Part shown: positions 60,616-64,000 of the stretch, one piece after another
How the letters are laid out: every line of letters begins with the position of its first letter
Numbering within the stretch: the stretch's first letter is position 1
Source: Candidatus Margulisiibacteriota bacterium
GTDB lineage: Bacteria > Margulisbacteria > Termititenacia > CAZZFK01
Direction: 5' to 3'
DNA: 64,000 bases
NCBI GenBank assembly: GCA_042562495.1
Contig: JBHPMC010000003.1
Location: forward strand, 20,752 to 84,751
The notes under the pieces: model-generated
Seen by the model: the letters and a program-made list of their open reading frames with translations, nothing else
Told to the model about the DNA's origin: nothing
Databases searched by the model: none
Program-made: the position numbers and the translations under genes

Positions 60616-61379
60616 AATTCGATCTCCAAGCCATCATAGGCCAGCTTCATATTTTTTGGCAATTCTTTATTGGTCTTTTCATGATCTAGATTATGAGCGA
60701 TATGTGTAAAAAAAGTTTGTTCAGCTCCGATCTTTTCAGCGGTTTTGACAGCTTGTTCGACATTAAAATGAGTAGGATGAGGTTTGTGGCGCAAGGCATC
60801 AAGTACTACAACATCCAAACCTTCAAGTTTCTTAAAAGAATCTTCTGGAATTTCGGAGCAATCGGTCAGATAGGCGAATTTACCTATCCTAAAGCCAAGT
60901 ATAGGAACGATACCGTGCATGATGTCGATAGGGATAATTTCCAGGCCATAAAGATAAAGAGGCTTCTTAGGGTCTAGTTCTTTTAGATCGATCCTAGGCG
61001 TACCTCCGCCTTCTTGAGGCACAGGTTCGAAGATATGATGAAAAATGTCCTTCAATTCCTTGATATCCTTTTTAACTGCATAATAAGGGATCGCGCCATT
61101 TTGAATATAATTAAAAGGGCGGATATCATCCATACCGAAAACATGGTCGGCGTGAACATGGGTACAAAGTATAGCGTCAATATGGGTAATTTTATTACGC
61201 AGAGCCTGTTCTCTTAGGTCGGTAGCGGTGTCGATAAGGATATTTCTGTCATTATGACAGATCAGTATTGAAGGCCGTGTCCTTTTATTCTTAGGATCTT
61301 TTGAATTGCATACGGCGCAATCACAGCCGATGACCGGAACGCCGGAGGAAGTGCCTGTGCCGAGGAAAGTTATTTTCAT
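60612..61379 (-). CDS. MBL-fold metallo-hydrolase (PhnP-like)
   Basis: MKITFLGTGTSSGVPVIGCDCAVCNS N-terminus and HVHADH motif. Confidence 0.8.
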   Translation of the reverse strand: MKITFLGTGTSSGVPVIGCDCAVCNSKDPKNKRTRPSILICHNDRNILIDTATDLREQALRNKITHIDAILCTHVHADHVFGMDDIRPFNYIQNGAIPYYAVKKDIKELKDIFHHIFEPVPQEGGGTPRIDLKELDPKKPLYLYGLEIIPIDIMHGIVPILGFRIGKFAYLTDCSEIPEDSFKKLEGLDVVVLDALRHKPHPTHFNVEQAVKTAEKIGAEQTFFTHIAHNLDHEKTNKELPKNMKLAYDGLEIEL

Positions 61380-61394
61380 ATTAAAGATTATAAC

Positions 61395-61428
61395 AGAGAC
61401 TCTTCGCTTACGCTCAGAGTGACAAATG
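61395..61428 (+). repeat. Dispersed ~33-nt intergenic element, copy B
   Basis: AGAGACTCTTCGCTTACGCTCAGAGTGACAAATG. Same orientation as copy A, from which it differs by a 1-nt indel and 2 substitutions. Confidence 0.7.
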
Positions 61429-61434
61429 AACTAT

Positions 61435-61944
61435 CTATTTAAGGAGTTTTAAGATCTCTTCCGCGAACTTTTGGGCCGGAGCCGGGCCGTTGGCGGTGAC
61501 GACATTGCCGTCCACGGTAAGATCCTCGCCAGTATAAATAGCACCATGTTTTTCTAGTTCTGCTACCGAAGCCGGTGTTTCAAAGACGGTACTCTTGCGG
61601 CCTTTCATGATGCCGGCTTGGGAGGGGATACAACCGGAGATGCAGATCGCGCCGATCGGTTTTTTTACAGCGTCCATTTTCTTTAACATTTCGAGTATTT
61701 TAGGATCATTCCAGAAGTAATCTTGTCCGCCGGCGATAGCGATCGCGTCATAGTCTTCTATATTAACGTCTTTTAAAAGAATGTCGACATTAGCTGTTAC
61801 TTTGCCTAGCTTGCCGGTCAAAGGGCCGGGCTTGTCCGAGCAGGCCACGACCTCGATACCATTCTTCTCAAAAACTTTCTTGGGAACATCATATTCTTCA
61901 TCGCGGAAACCGTTGGGGACGATCAAAAAAAGAAGTTTAGCCAT
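61435..61944 (-). CDS. DJ-1/PfpI family protein
   Basis: 169 aa. Nucleophile-elbow region PIGAICISGCIP and a type-1 glutamine amidotransferase-like layout. Confidence 0.7.
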   Translation of the reverse strand: MAKLLFLIVPNGFRDEEYDVPKKVFEKNGIEVVACSDKPGPLTGKLGKVTANVDILLKDVNIEDYDAIAIAGGQDYFWNDPKILEMLKKMDAVKKPIGAICISGCIPSQAGIMKGRKSTVFETPASVAELEKHGAIYTGEDLTVDGNVVTANGPAPAQKFAEEILKLLK

Positions 61945-61954
61945 AAGCTACCTC

Positions 61955-62881
61955 CTAGATCTTTAATTCTTTGATACTATTCTTATATATTTCAGCAGAT
62001 CTTTTTAGCTCTGCTTTTTCTTGATCAGAAATATCCAGGTCAATTATCTCTTTTACTCCAGAACTATCCAATTCTGCTGGCAAGCCGATGTAAATATCGT
62101 CTAAACCATATTTTCCTTTTGGTAAGACAGAAGAAGGTAGGATATATTTCTTGTTCAATAAGATCGATTCGGCCATTTTCACCGTGGCTGCAGCCGGTGC
62201 GTAATAAGCACTGCCGGTTTTAAGTAAATTTACAATTTCTGCTCCACCTTTTTGTGTTCTAGTTATGATCTTCTCTAAGATCTCAGGCTTTAACATTTTA
62301 GATATGCTTGTGCCATCAATAGTTGTCAGATCACGCAAGGGAACCATAGTATCTCCATGCCCGCCGAGCACTACAGTGTTTACTTCAGCTGTTTTTAAAG
62401 TCGGATCTTCCATCATAACGAAGGCTGCCATACGGGCACTGTCTAATACTCCTGCTTGGCCGATCACTTTTTTTGAATCAAAGCCGGTTTTTTTCCACAT
62501 AAGATAGGTCATTACATCCACAGGATTACTGACCACAAGTACTATTGCTTTAGATGAATTCTTCTTAATACCTTCAGCAACCTCGGTGATTATTGCTGCG
62601 TTCTTTTTCAATAGATCTAATCTATCCATTCCTGGTTTTCTGGCCAGGCCGGCAGTTACTATATATAGATCGGAATCAGCAGTATCTTTGTAGTCAGAAG
62701 TACCGATTATTGTCGGTTCAAATTCAAGGATAGGGCGGGCCTGCATCATATCCAGCGCTTTGCCCTTAGCTAGACCCTCGGCTATATCCAAAAGGACTAC
62801 TTTGCCTAAGTTCTTTTGTAAGCAGTAAAGAGCAACTGTTGCTCCAACTTGACCTGCTCCAATAACTGATATTTTTTTCAT
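61955..62881 (-). CDS. mdh: Malate dehydrogenase (LDH-like MDH)
   Basis: KISVIGAGQVGATVA, TAGLARKPGMDRLDLL (Arg at the substrate-specificity position) and GGHGDTMVP motifs. Confidence 0.85.
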   Translation of the reverse strand: MKKISVIGAGQVGATVALYCLQKNLGKVVLLDIAEGLAKGKALDMMQARPILEFEPTIIGTSDYKDTADSDLYIVTAGLARKPGMDRLDLLKKNAAIITEVAEGIKKNSSKAIVLVVSNPVDVMTYLMWKKTGFDSKKVIGQAGVLDSARMAAFVMMEDPTLKTAEVNTVVLGGHGDTMVPLRDLTTIDGTSISKMLKPEILEKIITRTQKGGAEIVNLLKTGSAYYAPAAATVKMAESILLNKKYILPSSVLPKGKYGLDDIYIGLPAELDSSGVKEIIDLDISDQEKAELKRSAEIYKNSIKELKI

Positions 62882-62976
62882 TTATTGCTCCTTTTGCCAA
62901 GTAGTCCTAGGTAAAACCCGACTATTTCAGGAAGGGAGGTCAAATATATCACGACTTACGATATAATGTCACCGTT

Positions 62977-64000
62977 ATGAGCGCAAAAAGTTTAGGTATC
63001 GTTAAAACACAGGTATTAAAGATCAACGTTCCTTTGGTGTTGGAAAGCGGAGAACGCCTGCACAAATGGCAGCTGGCTTATGAAACTTACGGAAAATTGA
63101 ATGCTGACAGATCCAATGCGATCTTGGTCTGTCATGCATTATCCGGTGATGCACACGTGGCCGGCAAAAATTCCAAGTCCGATAAGAAGCCAGGCTGGTG
63201 GGATATTATGGTGGGTCCGGGTAAAGCATATGATACAAATAAATATTTTGTTATCTGTTCGAATATTATCGGTGGCTGCAAAGGCAGTACCGGCCCGGTT
63301 TCCATAAATCCTAAGGATGGTAAAGAGTATGGCTTGAGATTTCCTTCGATAACGGTCCGGGATATGGTCAATGCCCAGAAGGTCTTGATCGATAAGCTGG
63401 GTATCAAAAAATTATACAATGTTGTCGGGGGTTCGCTGGGCGGAATGCAGGTCTTGGATTGGACCATAGCTTATCCGGAGAAGGTGGCTTCAGCGATCGT
63501 GCTCGCCAGTACTTGGCGATTGTCACCCCAGGCTATAGCTTTTAACGAAGTAGGGCGTAAAGCGATCATGTCCGATCCAAATTGGAACAATGGCAATTAT
63601 TACGGCAAGAAAAAACCTGCCCAGGGTCTATCGATCGCCCGGATGGTCGGCCATATCACCTATTTAAGTGATGAATCGATGCATAAAAAATTCGGCAGGG
63701 AACTCCGTGAACAAAAAAATAAAGACAAATTTGGTATCCAGTTCCAGGTAGAAAGCTATCTGCATTATCAAGGGGAATCGTTTGTCGAGCGTTTTGATGC
63801 TAATTCATACCTATATATCACACGAGCCGCCGATAATTATGATCTTTCGGGAGGATATAAATCTTTGGAAGAGACCTTGAAGAACACAAAGGCAAAATAT
63901 TTGATCGTGACATTTTCCTCGGATTGGCTGTTCCCGCAATATCAATCATTGGAGATAGTCCGGGCGCTTAAGGTCAACGGGCGTAATGTTTCTTATCGGC
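62977..64000 (+). CDS. metX: Homoserine O-acetyltransferase, 3'-truncated by the window edge
   Basis: Hand translated from ATG 62977: [28 protein letters not shown]...[16 protein letters not shown]...[14 protein letters not shown]... The frame stays open to position 64000. Absent from the ORF track because there is no stop in the window. Confidence 0.85.
   Translation, partial: MSAKSLGIVKTQVLKINVPLVLESGERLHKWQLAYETYGKLNADRSNAILVCHALSGDAHVAGKNSKSDKKPGWWDIMVGPGKAYDTNKYFVICSNIIGGCKGSTGPVSINPKDGKEYGLRFPSITVRDMVNAQKVLIDKLGIKKLYNVVGGSLGGMQVLDWTIAYPEKVASAIVLASTWRLSPQAIAFNEVGRKAIMSDPNWNNGNYYGKKKPAQGLSIARMVGHITYLSDESMHKKFGRELREQKNKDKFGIQFQVESYLHYQGESFVERFDANSYLYITRAADNYDLSGGYKSLEETLKNTKAKYLIVTFSSDWLFPQYQSLEIVRALKVNGRNVSYR

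Noticed and set aside
63101-63467. Track ORFs 63101..63307 (+) and 63132..63467 (-).
   Set aside because: They fall inside the metX reading frame (62977..64000), which has strong family motifs, so they are out-of-frame or antisense shadows.

Overview
64-kb window from an AT-rich, apparently diderm bacterium (lpxB and several outer-membrane beta-barrel genes are present; the lineage cannot be named from sequence alone). I can support about 45 CDS and one tRNA-Asp. All family calls come from reading motifs in the translations by eye, with no database search. Housekeeping and metabolic blocks: a minus-strand glycan operon (GH130-like, GH100/GDE_C-like, GT4, PIG-L deacetylase, SIS isomerase; 1..5081); ArsR plus a small acidic exported peptide; yjbQ, a GH116 glucosylceramidase-like gene and a PfkB kinase; macro domain plus prmA; a LOG-like/M20/Nudix/Xer recombinase/M50 block; a GNAT-DUF2156-ABC-2 exporter operon followed by lpxB; and a minus-strand mdh/DJ-1/MBL/tlyA/nadK/recN block followed by metX. 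About half of the window (10.7-29.4 kb and 31.2-44.5 kb, roughly 31.8 kb of coding sequence) is a cell-envelope locus. In it, four secreted proteins of 229, 631, 1864 and 4178 aa share a ~95-aa C-terminal FlgD-Ig/T9SS-CTD-like domain. Each of these genes is immediately followed by its own FadL/PorV-like outer-membrane barrel gene. Two of the barrels are fused to SLH cell-wall-binding domains, and a separate SLH protein sits in the same operon. The 4178-aa protein combines Ig-like arrays with six beta-helix modules that carry chlamydial Pmp-style GGAI/FxxN repeats. I read this as a candidate undescribed cargo-plus-dedicated-barrel surface display/tethering system, with no canonical T9SS core genes visible in the window. 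Other oddities: a relic duplicate of the yjbQ 3' end, dispersed short GC-rich intergenic elements, a ~17-copy 12-nt (KPEA)n coding repeat in an orphan protein, and a membrane-anchored PD-(D/E)xK-like gene inserted into the conserved tlyA-nadK-recN synteny.
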